Below are positions 19,392 to 29,240 of a DNA stretch of 64,000 nucleotides, in pieces; position 1 is the first letter of the stretch; each line of letters starts with the position of its first letter. A program made the translations under genes and the position numbers. The stretch covers positions 150,797 through 214,796 of the forward strand of contig JAAXWF010000001.1 in NCBI GenBank assembly GCA_013335095.1, in the 5' to 3' direction. The notes below the pieces were generated by a model, which worked only from the letters and a program-made list of their open reading frames with translations, was not told the origin of the DNA and did not search any database. Origin of the DNA: a candidate division WWE3 bacterium (lineage in GTDB: Bacteria; Patescibacteriota; 4484-211; GCA-002791395).

Positions 19392-20063
19392 TTATCGTTG
19401 TTCCGTTAATCGACCGTCCTTGATGACGACAACTCGCCCTTTAGTCCGTTTTACCAAAGCTTCATCATGAGTGGCCATAATAACTGTAGTTCCCCATTCA
19501 TTTATCTGTTTCAATAAGTCTACAATCTGTTTAGTGTTCTGGCTATCAAGGTTACCTGTTGGTTCATCGGCTAACAGAACTTCGGGTTCAGTAGCTAACG
19601 CTCGAGCAATAGCAACTCGTTGTTGTTCGCCAGTAGATAATTCTTGAGGAAATGCGCGTTCCCGATGTAATAGACCGACGCGATCAAGTAAGTACGGTAC
19701 AATCTCTTTAACTTCGCTCGGTTTTTTACCAACGACTTCGAGAGCAAATGCAATATTTTCAAACACGGTTTGCTGCCGCAAAAGCTTAAAATCCTGGAAA
19801 ACCATCCCGATTTGACGACGTAAATGAGGAATCTTGCGGCGGGGTAACCGAACGATATTGTCATCCTTAAACCAAATATCACCTTCACTCGGAATATCTT
19901 CTCGAATAAGAAACTTTAGTAATGTCGTCTTACCAGCCCCCGAGGGGCCAATAAGAAATACAAAATCGCCCTGGTTTATCTGTAATGAGACTTCTTCAAA
20001 AGCAGTGACACCAGAACGCTTATACCATTTTGATACGCTATCAAATTTAATCATCATATTCAT
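19392..20063 (-). CDS. ftsE: Cell division ATP-binding protein FtsE
   Basis: Walker A GPSGAGKTT, signature LSTGEQQRVAIARAL, Walker B LLADEPTGNLD. 223 aa. Confidence 0.9.
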   Translation of the reverse strand: MNMMIKFDSVSKWYKRSGVTAFEEVSLQINQGDFVFLIGPSGAGKTTLLKFLIREDIPSEGDIWFKDDNIVRLPRRKIPHLRRQIGMVFQDFKLLRQQTVFENIAFALEVVGKKPSEVKEIVPYLLDRVGLLHRERAFPQELSTGEQQRVAIARALATEPEVLLADEPTGNLDSQNTKQIVDLLKQINEWGTTVIMATHDEALVKRTKGRVVVIKDGRLTEQR

Positions 20064-20108
20064 TATAGAGAAAGGTTCTAATGAAGCAAATATAATCGTG
20101 GATTAATT

Positions 20109-20816
20109 TTATTGAGCAGGACTAGATTCGGTTGGCGCAACACTCTCTTGGGGTACATCGATTGTTTGAGTTGGCGCAATCGGGGTAACGCCAGAAGCTG
20201 AAACGAAATCATCATAACTGGTCACTCCAGAAAAACGTTTACCATTAATAAAAAACGTTGGTGTAGAATTAACCTTCAACGAGTTCGCAGCACTCCGATC
20301 ACTGTCGACAACACTACGCACGTCATTTGAAACATAATCTGCCAAAAATTGGTCTTTGTTTAGACCAAGATCAGCGCCAAACTTATCATAAAAATACTCT
20401 CCACTGACCTCTACGGCCGACCAAGTACTCTGATTAGTGAATAACCAGTCATGAACCTCCCAAAACTTACCTTGATGATCGGCAGCTTCTGCTGCATATG
20501 CAGCCGCATTAGAGTTTTGATGCTGAGGTAGTGGGAAATGACGAAATACCAATTTAACTTGGTCACGATAATCACTCATGAATTTATCGACGATTGGCTG
20601 CGCGGCTTTACATGAAGGGCATTGAAAATCAGAAAATTCAACAATTGTTGTCGTTGCATTACTATTACCTTGGGTAGGGCGAGACTCCCCAACCGTTTGA
20701 TCAACGGCGACAATATCTGGTCGATCAAAGACACGCGCAACAAATACGATTGCCGCGACCAATAGAATACTGCCTAAGATTACACTAAGAGATAATTTAA
20801 TATCATTTCCTTGCAC
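20109..20816 (-). CDS. DsbA-family thiol:disulfide oxidoreductase (membrane-anchored)
   Basis: N-terminal TM segment, thioredoxin-fold active site FQCPSCK, DsbA-like helical insertion. Confidence 0.8.
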   Translation of the reverse strand: MQGNDIKLSLSVILGSILLVAAIVFVARVFDRPDIVAVDQTVGESRPTQGNSNATTTIVEFSDFQCPSCKAAQPIVDKFMSDYRDQVKLVFRHFPLPQHQNSNAAAYAAEAADHQGKFWEVHDWLFTNQSTWSAVEVSGEYFYDKFGADLGLNKDQFLADYVSNDVRSVVDSDRSAANSLKVNSTPTFFINGKRFSGVTSYDDFVSASGVTPIAPTQTIDVPQESVAPTESSPAQ

Positions 20817-20845
20817 GCAACTATATTAGCATAAACTGCAAAGAG

Positions 20846-21922
20846 TTAATGTCTTTTCACAATCGATTTACTATCATGACGACGTAAAATCATGAAGTGC
20901 ATCAGCCAGATAATAATAACAACATAAGTACCTGACCACGTGCCGCCAAATTCCAATACACGAACAAAACTATGTACTCCAGCAAGAAAAAATATAGCCG
21001 GAGGGACAACAGTAGCTAAGATCGAAGCCGTTGGAGAAATATTGAAGTCATATAAAAAAGTGTCCTTTGTTGCATACGCAATGGTAAGAAAGGACGTAAT
21101 TATCGCTAAAGCACCAAAGATTGCCCCACCATAAACTACCCATGAGGGCAAATATATGAGGAGTCCGGCAATAGCTTCTTCGCTAGTTGAGGGACCAGAA
21201 ACGCCGGTTACCATTAACTGAAACAGTAAATAAACGATTGCCGGGATGATCGAACCGATAATAACGGCGAGATAAAACGATCGAACATTCATCTTTGCTG
21301 ACTTAAGCATCCGACCCATCTCAGGGATCACTGAGTATCCCATCAATGCATTTAACATAACTCCATAAGGGGCTATTAAAGTTATTCTAGAAGGAATTAC
21401 TTCGGGTAAACTCAGATTAGAATAACGCATGTATGGAAAACCGATGCATATAAGGACCAAGATTACGATTAGCATCGCACCAGTTAATAGGCTCTCTGTC
21501 GTAGCTAATAATTTTAAATTTATCGTTAATGTAACAACCACAAAGATTATCGACAGTAATGAAAAGAGGACTGAGGTCGTAGGATCACCCACCAAAATCG
21601 ATAGGAATTTGCCCATTCCTATAATGTATGCAAGTAGAGATCCCCAGTATCCCACCAAAATAAATATTCCGGTAATTGATTTAAATTTTGGAGAAATATA
21701 ATGTGCTGCATAACCAGCAAGTTGTTGGGGCTTTTTAAAATCAGCCGCAATGATTGATGCATAGGCAATGTTTGTAAAGGTAACTAAAATAGTTGTGATT
21801 AATAACCAAAGTAGACCGATCGGATATCCGGATTGTGCAGTAACATAAGGAATAGCAAAGATACCTGCGCCAATAGTAGTACCAACGTGCATGGCTATAG
21901 CAAGCCAAAATATACGGGGCAT
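20846..21922 (-). CDS. Amino acid permease (aromatic amino acid / APC-type transporter)
   Basis: Polytopic protein with N-terminal GTTIGAGIFAIPYV, typical of Tyr/Trp and APC-type permeases. Confidence 0.6.
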   Translation of the reverse strand: MPRIFWLAIAMHVGTTIGAGIFAIPYVTAQSGYPIGLLWLLITTILVTFTNIAYASIIAADFKKPQQLAGYAAHYISPKFKSITGIFILVGYWGSLLAYIIGMGKFLSILVGDPTTSVLFSLLSIIFVVVTLTINLKLLATTESLLTGAMLIVILVLICIGFPYMRYSNLSLPEVIPSRITLIAPYGVMLNALMGYSVIPEMGRMLKSAKMNVRSFYLAVIIGSIIPAIVYLLFQLMVTGVSGPSTSEEAIAGLLIYLPSWVVYGGAIFGALAIITSFLTIAYATKDTFLYDFNISPTASILATVVPPAIFFLAGVHSFVRVLEFGGTWSGTYVVIIIWLMHFMILRRHDSKSIVKRH

Positions 21923-21961
21923 GTTGTTTATTGTAGCAGAAAAGTTACAAGACTGGGTTGA

Positions 21962-22945
21962 TTACTTACTCACTATATTTTTAACCGAACCGGACAAATA
22001 CGAATTAATATTCTCAATTGTAGTAAGTAAAATACGTTCTACTGCTTCTTTACTATTGAATGCATTATGGGGTGTTACTAAAACATTATCCATCTTCATC
22101 AGCAGTCGATCAGCTGACGCAGACTCTGATTCTGATGCGGTCGAAGGCGCTTTCAATACTTCTTCGTCTTCGAGGACATCGAGCCCGGCACCAGCGACTT
22201 TTCCAGAATTCAATCCATTTACCAAGGCTTCAGTATTAATCAAGGCTCCTCTTGCGGTATTAATGATATACACACCTTTTCGCATTTGTGCGAACTGGTC
22301 ATGAGAAAGAATATGTTTCGTTGCTTCATTTAAGGGCAAATGGAGGGTAATTACGTGTGCTGTTGATAATAGTTCGGCAAGCTCAACATAGCTGAATCCG
22401 ATTGTTTTCGCTAATTCAGGTTTTTGGAACATATCAAAAACGACTACATCCATTTCAAAGCTTCGCGCCATCCGAGCAACGTGCATACCAATATGCCCCC
22501 CACCAACTAATCCGATACGCTTACCTTTAAGATCCCAACCGCGTAGACCTTCATAGTTAAAAGAACCTTCACGAATTCGATCGAAACTAGGTCTTAATTG
22601 CCGTGATAACGCGAGCAAGAGGGCCATTGTATGTTCCGCAACCGTATTTTCTCCATAAAAAGGCACGTTTGTTACTGGAATCCCTTTCTCTCGCGCATAA
22701 TCGAGTTCAATATGATCATATCCTGTAGATCGTGTACAAATAAATTTTAATGAAGGAAAGCGGTTAATATCTGCCGCTTTGACTGGAGTACCGACAAATA
22801 CACATAGAACTCCGATATCAGAAAAATCTGAGGGATCTTTTTGATATTGATCGTTTGAAACAAATATCAATTCATGGCCAGGTAAATTTTGTTCAAAAAA
22901 ATCACGTTGCCAATCTTCATTTATTTCGGTAAATAAAATTTTCAT
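21962..22945 (-). CDS. D-isomer-specific 2-hydroxyacid dehydrogenase, NAD-binding
   Basis: GLVGGGHIGMHVARMA...D Rossmann motif and a catalytic-domain His/Glu/Arg pattern. Confidence 0.85.
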   Translation of the reverse strand: MKILFTEINEDWQRDFFEQNLPGHELIFVSNDQYQKDPSDFSDIGVLCVFVGTPVKAADINRFPSLKFICTRSTGYDHIELDYAREKGIPVTNVPFYGENTVAEHTMALLLALSRQLRPSFDRIREGSFNYEGLRGWDLKGKRIGLVGGGHIGMHVARMARSFEMDVVVFDMFQKPELAKTIGFSYVELAELLSTAHVITLHLPLNEATKHILSHDQFAQMRKGVYIINTARGALINTEALVNGLNSGKVAGAGLDVLEDEEVLKAPSTASESESASADRLLMKMDNVLVTPHNAFNSKEAVERILLTTIENINSYLSGSVKNIVSK

Positions 22946-22947
22946 AT

Positions 22948-23943
22948 CTAATCTTCCCCAAGCTCTCGAGGGACGAGCTGAGAGTGCTTTTCTAGTATCG
23001 CATCTAAGGCCGATAACGTCAACAAATCTGTTGTAGCCCCAGGTGTTGCAACAGAGTGACCACTCTGAACAGAGGCTAAACGCAATGATTCCAATTCGCT
23101 TCGTCCATGGGCAATACCGCTTAAGTACCCTCCTGCAAATGCATCTCCTGCCCCTGTTGTATCAACCACTTTTGAAGAGAACGACTCCATATGGTAATAA
23201 TTTTTCCCATCACAAAAATAAGATCCATTTTTCCCATCTGTAATGGTAATTCGCTTGACGCCTTTGCGTACAAATGTTTCTAACAGCCATTGAACATCAA
23301 ATAAATCATCGGTATGTTCGGCATCGCTGCGCAATAAAATACTGGCCTCCTCTTTATTAACGATTACAGTATGGCATGCATGCATTAACTCGCCAATAGC
23401 GGAAAATCCGGCATCAATCTCTACTCGACCAGGATTGTAGACGACCTGTACATCCGGATGATATTGCAGCCATTTTTTCATCGCGCGATGGATCAAATGG
23501 AAATCTTTATATCCTAAAGAACTAACATAGAGCCAATCAATGTTATCCAACGTTTCTGGAAAACGATATATAGGTGTGGAATGGTAAGACAAGATCGTGC
23601 GGTCATGGCCGTAACTTAATATCACCGAGCTATTACTCTCTCCACTGCGGGCCGTATAGGTTAAATCATATCCTTTTGTAACCAATTGAGTATAGATCAT
23701 CTGGCCGAGCTCATCTTCACCGGTTTGTGAAATTAACTTAACGCCATGGCCTGTGGCTATAAGCCCTGCCCCAACATTTGGAGCGTTACCGCCTAATGAA
23801 ATAAATCGTTTGTCTACTGAAATTTTAGTCGGAAATGGTAAACATAATTCTTTTCCATTTTCCGATGGTTGTTGAATATGACCAGCAGAAAGCAAGAAGA
23901 TGATATCAATTGTAGTTAGTCCAATGCAGGCAATGCGGGCCAT
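22948..23943 (-). CDS. PfkB-family carbohydrate kinase
   Basis: PfkB signature VDTTGAGDAFAGGYLSG and an N-terminal GG dipeptide region. Confidence 0.8.
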   Translation of the reverse strand: MARIACIGLTTIDIIFLLSAGHIQQPSENGKELCLPFPTKISVDKRFISLGGNAPNVGAGLIATGHGVKLISQTGEDELGQMIYTQLVTKGYDLTYTARSGESNSSVILSYGHDRTILSYHSTPIYRFPETLDNIDWLYVSSLGYKDFHLIHRAMKKWLQYHPDVQVVYNPGRVEIDAGFSAIGELMHACHTVIVNKEEASILLRSDAEHTDDLFDVQWLLETFVRKGVKRITITDGKNGSYFCDGKNYYHMESFSSKVVDTTGAGDAFAGGYLSGIAHGRSELESLRLASVQSGHSVATPGATTDLLTLSALDAILEKHSQLVPRELGED

Positions 23944-23993
23944 AAAAATTGATTAGTAATTCTAGAATACCACGTAATCATCAAGAGTAAAAA

Positions 23994-24962
23994 CTACTCA
24001 ATATAGTTCATAGATTCTTTTACTGCTAACTGAATTCGGTCTTTAGTGAGACCATATTCGGTCATTAGTTCATTAGGCTCGCCGGATTGACCAAATAAAT
24101 CTAAAATCCCCAACCGCTTCATCCGTACAGGGAAATGTTCACCCAGAAATTCAGCGATGGCCGAACCCAACCCTCCCGCGACTTGGTGTTCTTCAACAGT
24201 AACAACTCGTTTTGTTTTGCGCACTGAAGAAAGTACGGTATTTCCATCGAGAGGTTTGATGGTAGATACATTGATAACTTCAACCGAGATCGATTGGCTC
24301 ATAAGTTCATGGGCTACAACTAAACAATCATACACAAGACTCCCGCAGGCAAAGATGGTTACATCGGAGCCCTCTGCCAATACTTCAGCGCGACCGATTT
24401 CAAAAGGAGAAGACTCAGAGGTAAATACCGTGGTTGCAGCACGGTTCAAGCGAATATATACCGGAGTGGGTTGAACCAGAGCGGCAATAGTAGCCTTCTT
24501 TGCTTCAATAGCATCGCAAGGGACAACGACAGTCATATTCGGCAATACACGCATTAATGCAATATCTTCGAGCGATTGATGAGTAGCGCCATCTGGTCCA
24601 ACCGACAACCCGGCATGGTGTCCGGCGATTTTAACCGGAACGTTGTTATAACAAACGGTGGTTCTAATTTGCTCCCAATTACGACCAGGAGAAAAGGTTG
24701 CATACGATGCGATGTACGGAATTTTTCCGGCTGCAGCTAAACCAGAAGCTACCGTAACTAAATTTTGCTCAGCAACGCCGATCTGAATAAAACGTTCAGG
24801 AAATTCATCTTTAAACGCCTGCATTCGAGTAGATTCAGTAAGGTCAGCACACAGACCGACAACATTAGGATTACGCCGAGCGGCCTCAACGAGTCCCTCA
24901 CCAAACCCATCTCGAATCGGCTTTTGGTCAGATGATGAAAGTGTTATATGTTCGACAAGCAT
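23994..24962 (-). CDS. Transketolase, C-terminal subunit
   Basis: Pyrimidine-binding and C-terminal transketolase domains (GFGEGL, QIGVAEQNLV, GPDGATHQS). Confidence 0.9.
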   Translation of the reverse strand: MLVEHITLSSSDQKPIRDGFGEGLVEAARRNPNVVGLCADLTESTRMQAFKDEFPERFIQIGVAEQNLVTVASGLAAAGKIPYIASYATFSPGRNWEQIRTTVCYNNVPVKIAGHHAGLSVGPDGATHQSLEDIALMRVLPNMTVVVPCDAIEAKKATIAALVQPTPVYIRLNRAATTVFTSESSPFEIGRAEVLAEGSDVTIFACGSLVYDCLVVAHELMSQSISVEVINVSTIKPLDGNTVLSSVRKTKRVVTVEEHQVAGGLGSAIAEFLGEHFPVRMKRLGILDLFGQSGEPNELMTEYGLTKDRIQLAVKESMNYIE

Positions 24963-24963
24963 T

Positions 24964-25821
24964 TTATTGGTGTTCAGAGTCTATTCTCCCACTCAGTGTT
25001 CTTAATTCAGATAATGCTTCGACAGCCTCTGCAGCAGAGGGCGCCTTACCATGCCATTCAGGAAGAAATTCCATAAATTCCACACCTTTCCCGGGAATAG
25101 TATAGGCAATGATCACAACTGGTTTACCGACGATGGACCGAGCTTCTTGCAATGCATCATGTATAACCCCAATATTATGCCCATCGATCTCAAGAACATG
25201 CCAATTAAACGCCTCGTATTTTGCCCGTAATAATTCTAACGGCATGACATCTTCGGTATGTCCATCAATTTGAATATTATTACGATCAATAATGTACGTG
25301 AGATTATCTAATTTATATTTTGCTGCAAACATAACCGCTTCCCACGTATTACCTTCATCATGCTCTCCGTCACTCCCCAGGCAGTACACCTGCCACTTTT
25401 GTTTATCCATACGGGCAGCATATGCCATGCCTGCTGACTGACTTAATCCAGAACCGAGAGGACCAGATGTTGTCTCAATTCCAGGCAACGTCCCTCTGTG
25501 CGGATGACCTTGTAAACGGCTCCCAAGCTTACGTAATGTTGATAATTCGTCGAGAGGGAAAAAGCCAGCCCGAGCTAATGTTGCATATAAAACCGGACAA
25601 ATATGTCCGTTTGAAAGAACAACACGATCGCGATCTGGACATGTCGGATTACTTGGGTCTACGTTTAATACACCGCTAAAATACAACGTCGTAAAGATGT
25701 CGGCCATACCTAAAGACCCTGCAGTATGGCCGCTTTTTGCGGTGACCAACATCTTTACTACGTCTTGTCGAATTTGATTGGCTATATCGACTAATTGTTG
25801 CTCCGATTTAATTTCAGTCAT
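24964..25821 (-). CDS. Transketolase, N-terminal (TPP-binding) subunit
   Basis: GHTAGSLGMADI, GSDGE...EG and TPP-binding motifs. Directly upstream of the C-terminal subunit gene (split tkt). Confidence 0.9.
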   Translation of the reverse strand: MTEIKSEQQLVDIANQIRQDVVKMLVTAKSGHTAGSLGMADIFTTLYFSGVLNVDPSNPTCPDRDRVVLSNGHICPVLYATLARAGFFPLDELSTLRKLGSRLQGHPHRGTLPGIETTSGPLGSGLSQSAGMAYAARMDKQKWQVYCLGSDGEHDEGNTWEAVMFAAKYKLDNLTYIIDRNNIQIDGHTEDVMPLELLRAKYEAFNWHVLEIDGHNIGVIHDALQEARSIVGKPVVIIAYTIPGKGVEFMEFLPEWHGKAPSAAEAVEALSELRTLSGRIDSEHQ

Positions 25822-25827
25822 AAAAAA

Positions 25828-26418
25828 TCACCGCGAGTTTACCAACTGATTTTCTTGAGTCATTGCAGCAATAGCCTTTACTTTATCGGCGGCCTCGGTT
25901 GGTGAATCAACAATATGATATACCATTAATTCCTCAGGACGAAGGCGCATATTTGCACCAAAGGCCTCAAGAATTTCATGCCACCATCGACCATATAAAA
26001 TTAGATGTTTATGGTGACCAAAGTGAAGTCGAGCCAGTCCCCAAGCCATTCCGAATTCAGAGATAGTACCTGTACCACCACTAAAAATTATGAATACATC
26101 GCCCTTCTCAATTAGGGTTAATGTTCGTTCCAAGTAATTTTGGGTGACAATCTCTTCATCGAGCTTATTAAGCTTATCTCGACCTTCAAACATTAATATC
26201 GCATCCTGAGATTCTGGATAAAGAGTAACACCGATTGTGTGTCCATTAGCGGCCTTCGCTCCTAGACTCGAAGCACGCATAACACCTGGCCCCCCACCAT
26301 TCACGATGGTAAACCCAGATAATGCTAACAATCGCGAGGTTTCAAATGCGGCAAGATATTCTTCGTCACCGTCTTGTGAATCCGCGTATCCAAATACGGT
26401 TACATTTTTTACGTTCAT
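25828..26418 (-). CDS. LOG-family protein (TIGR00730 Rossmann-fold nucleotide-binding / cytokinin riboside 5'-monophosphate phosphoribohydrolase-like)
   Basis: VNGGGPGVMRAS and FSGGTGTISEF motifs characteristic of LOG/YvdD. Confidence 0.8.
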   Translation of the reverse strand: MNVKNVTVFGYADSQDGDEEYLAAFETSRLLALSGFTIVNGGGPGVMRASSLGAKAANGHTIGVTLYPESQDAILMFEGRDKLNKLDEEIVTQNYLERTLTLIEKGDVFIIFSGGTGTISEFGMAWGLARLHFGHHKHLILYGRWWHEILEAFGANMRLRPEELMVYHIVDSPTEAADKVKAIAAMTQENQLVNSR

Positions 26419-27077
26419 ACAATCACCTCCTGTAAGTGACGCAGGGCTTGTGCTGGATGAGCTTGTGCAAATATGCCGCTCCCTACTGCAAAAAAGTTTG
26501 CACCTGCGTTACGAGCACTAATAATTGATTCTTCATTCAGACCGCCATCGACTTCGATATTTAAATGAGGATATGAATTGCGTAATGTACGAATTTTATC
26601 TAATACAGCCAGATTGAACTGCGCCCCTTGAATACCAATTTCATGGGCCATTAAAAGAACAACGTCAAGATGCTCGATCAGTTCCGGCTTGAGCATGTCT
26701 AGAGGTGTTTCAATATTTAAAGCGAGACCTGCTTCTACACCGGATGTTACGATTTGATTTACAAAGTCGTCTTGGTCTGGCATATGTTCGATATGACCAA
26801 TCAAACGCTTCGCTCCGGCTTGAATCCATTCATCAACATATATTAAAGGGTTTTCAACCATTAATTGGATTTCTAACTGAGGAGCGATTTCAAATTCACC
26901 AAGTAAATCAGCATCACAGCACGTGCGGATCGGAGCAAATCGTCCATCAATATAATCAAGTTGAACAGTATCTGTTTCCTGCTCTACCTGACGGAATTGG
27001 GCAATAAACTCTTCTACCGTTTGTACCAATATAGCTGGAATTATTTTAGGTTCATTCATCTTCTTTTTGCTCTTCAA
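26415..27077 (-). CDS. rpe: Ribulose-phosphate 3-epimerase
   Basis: IIPAIL...LDYIDGRFAP...QLMVENP...VDGG motif pattern of an Rpe-type TIM barrel. Confidence 0.75.
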   Translation of the reverse strand: MKSKKKMNEPKIIPAILVQTVEEFIAQFRQVEQETDTVQLDYIDGRFAPIRTCCDADLLGEFEIAPQLEIQLMVENPLIYVDEWIQAGAKRLIGHIEHMPDQDDFVNQIVTSGVEAGLALNIETPLDMLKPELIEHLDVVLLMAHEIGIQGAQFNLAVLDKIRTLRNSYPHLNIEVDGGLNEESIISARNAGANFFAVGSGIFAQAHPAQALRHLQEVIV

Positions 27078-27516
27078 TAATCTCGATTTCTTCTAAACGT
27101 CGTCGATATCGAGCTTCTTCAGAAAATACCGTAGTTAAAAAAGCATGCACCATTGCGAGACTCTCTTCGGGTGCGGTGAAGTCCGCGGCAATCGCTAGCA
27201 CGTTAATATCATCATCTTCACGCCCCGCAGCAACTTGGGCAACATTAATGCCGAGGCCACAACGAATACCATCAAACTTGTTCGCTGCTATAGAAATACC
27301 AATACCAGATCCACAAATAAGTACCGCAAAATCAATAGATTCTTTTTCCATGGTTTGAGCTGCAGCTTCGGCAAAATCAGTATAATCGTCACGCTGATCA
27401 ATAGAATGCGCTCCAACGTCAACCCATTCAACAGAGTCAGACTCGAGCACAATCTCGGATTTTATTTGTTCTTTTAGGTTATATCCGCGATGGTCAGCAC
27501 CAATTATTACTTTCAT
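27052..27516 (-). CDS. rpiB: Ribose-5-phosphate isomerase B
   Basis: MKVIIGADHRGYNLK...LICGSGIGISIAANKFDGIRC (RpiB/LacAB family). Start moved to the internal ATG (the track starts at 27570). Confidence 0.85.
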   Translation of the reverse strand: MKVIIGADHRGYNLKEQIKSEIVLESDSVEWVDVGAHSIDQRDDYTDFAEAAAQTMEKESIDFAVLICGSGIGISIAANKFDGIRCGLGINVAQVAAGREDDDINVLAIAADFTAPEESLAMVHAFLTTVFSEEARYRRRLEEIEIIEEQKEDE

Positions 27517-27626
27517 ATACCCTGTAATCATATTTACGATACTGTTTTGCCCCCAAGATGTCAACTTCACGATAATTTATAGGCTTAGTATTGCTGTACA
27601 CATACAGCTTTGTTAGTCTTTAAATA

Positions 27627-28586
27627 ATGCTAATGCATTTAGTAATTATTATAGTCGGGATCATTATTATGGTGATCGCTGCGACTCAATTGGTCAAAGT
27701 AATCGACTTTATGAGTCGATACTTTCATGTATCTGAATTCACTACCTCATTTATCTTGATGGGGATTGCGACTTCTATTCCGGAACTAGCTGTTGCCATT
27801 AGTTCATCGATTCATCAGAACGCAGTACTTTCTCTTGGTAATATTATCGGGAGCAATATTGCTGATTTAACATTAATCATAGGCCTGCCGGTATTAATTG
27901 CCCGAGGAATCCAGGTTAAATCACGGCTGACACAACTCGATACGCAATATATGTCGATACTGGCATTAACGCCATTATTATTACTATTTGATTACCAATT
28001 GAGCAGATTGGATGGAATGTTTTTACTTACGCTATACGGAGCATATGACTATCGACTAATAAGACAGCGCAGTCGGTTCACTCGATTCGTCGAACAGGTA
28101 AAAAAACCGCGCCTACTAAAACAATTACTGCTATTTATCATTACCATTTTAGCGATCTTCATTTCTAGCCAATTTGTAACAAACGCTGCCGTTTTGATTG
28201 CCCAGGAAATAGACGTACCAATATTAATTATTGGACTAATTGTCATTTCGACGGGAACAATACTTCCAGAACTAACACATGGAATTCGAGCGACAATAAT
28301 GAAACATGAGGGACAAATCATTGGAGATATTCTTGGAAGCGTAGTGGGAAACTCGACTTTAATAATAGGAATTGCAGCAGTTATTAATCCGATTAAACTC
28401 GTTAACTTTTCAGAAATCGTTGTGCCTGCAATGTTTTTAATAATAGCAATCATATATTTTCTAACCAGTGTTTATTCAGGGAAACGGCTTACGGTGAGGG
28501 AGTCGTTGATTTTAATATTCATCTATCTAACATTTATTATCAGTACACTAGGATTTGAGTATTTACGAATCGAAAAGTATTTATAA
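27627..28586 (+). CDS. Na+/Ca2+ exchanger family (CaCA/YrbG-like) membrane protein
   Basis: Two alpha-repeat motifs ([16 protein letters not shown] and [16 protein letters not shown]) in a 10-TM protein. Confidence 0.8.
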   Translation: MLMHLVIIIVGIIIMVIAATQLVKVIDFMSRYFHVSEFTTSFILMGIATSIPELAVAISSSIHQNAVLSLGNIIGSNIADLTLIIGLPVLIARGIQVKSRLTQLDTQYMSILALTPLLLLFDYQLSRLDGMFLLTLYGAYDYRLIRQRSRFTRFVEQVKKPRLLKQLLLFIITILAIFISSQFVTNAAVLIAQEIDVPILIIGLIVISTGTILPELTHGIRATIMKHEGQIIGDILGSVVGNSTLIIGIAAVINPIKLVNFSEIVVPAMFLIIAIIYFLTSVYSGKRLTVRESLILIFIYLTFIISTLGFEYLRIEKYL

Positions 28587-28624
28587 AAGATTCTGCTGAA
28601 TCTACAAGGTATATAATAGATCCA

Positions 28625-28975
28625 ATGGCAACAATTTTTACAAAAATTATTAATCACGAAGCACCAGCGGAAATTGTGTATCAAGATGATCTTGTTACCG
28701 CATTTCGAGACATTAATCCTAAAGCACCAGTACACCTCATGATTATTCCGAATAAAGAAATTCCAACGGTAAATGACGTATCTGCAGAAGACGAGCAGGT
28801 GTTAGGACACCTATTTACCGTAGCTAAACACGTTGCGACAGAATTGGGTTTGAGCGAAAAAGGTTATCGTCTAATCGTCAATTGTAATCAGGATGCCGGT
28901 CAGGTTATCTGGCATATTCACATGCATTTTTTAGGTGGAAAAGACCTTGGCCCCCTCTTATCTGAAACAGAGTAA
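28625..28975 (+). CDS. HIT-family (histidine triad) nucleotide hydrolase
   Basis: HIHMHFLGG triad motif. 116 aa. Confidence 0.9.
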   Translation: MATIFTKIINHEAPAEIVYQDDLVTAFRDINPKAPVHLMIIPNKEIPTVNDVSAEDEQVLGHLFTVAKHVATELGLSEKGYRLIVNCNQDAGQVIWHIHMHFLGGKDLGPLLSETE

Positions 28976-29005
28976 AAACGGGGAAGGTAAATGCTCCCCC
29001 GTTAG
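28976..29005. terminator. Bidirectional rho-independent terminator
   Basis: AACGGGG-N12-CCCCGTT hairpin flanked by AAAA on the left and AGATTTT on the right. Confidence 0.6.
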
Positions 29006-29009
29006 ATTT

Positions 29010-29240
29010 TGGATCACCTCCTAACTGTGGACGACCTTGGGGATATATTTACCCCGATTCATCCGGCCGGAACAATCTCCGGTGAATTTATGGCTCGCCA
29101 ACTCCAGGGCGGCATCGCCACCAAGGTAGAAGTTCATAGGCAATCCTCCGATCTCCCTTATATTAAGGATAGTGCGTCAAACGGCGCTCCCGAGAGTTGT
29201 CATAGGCAACTTCCCTTTCTCGTAATAGGACGTATTCGTA
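29010..29240. other. GC-rich (about 50%) structured intergenic island between convergent genes; candidate small RNA or small-protein locus
   Basis: Several local hairpins (GGGGTAAATATATCCCC, CCGGAGATTGTTCCGG, GGCGATGCCGCC). Exact GGATCACCTCCT (plus strand) = AGGAGGTGATCC (minus strand) at 29011-29022. Contains a 38-aa minus-strand ORF at 29021-29137 preceded by GGAGG. Confidence 0.3.

Noticed and set aside
28049-28453. Antisense ORFs inside confidently assigned genes. Examples: 28049..28453, 33878..34339, 35044..35277, 19595..19888, 18532..18795, 10421..10666, 12033..12311.
   Set aside because: They lie entirely within well-supported genes on the opposite strand and have no RBS or recognisable motifs. 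They are shadow ORFs.
29011-29022. GGATCACCTCCT, identical to the 3' end of 16S rRNA. Considered a truncated rRNA gene.
   Set aside because: Only 12 nt match. The preceding sequence (GTTAGATTTT) does not resemble helix 45 / GCGGCTGGATCACCTCCTT and there is no other rRNA-like sequence nearby. Kept as part of the GC-rich island finding instead.
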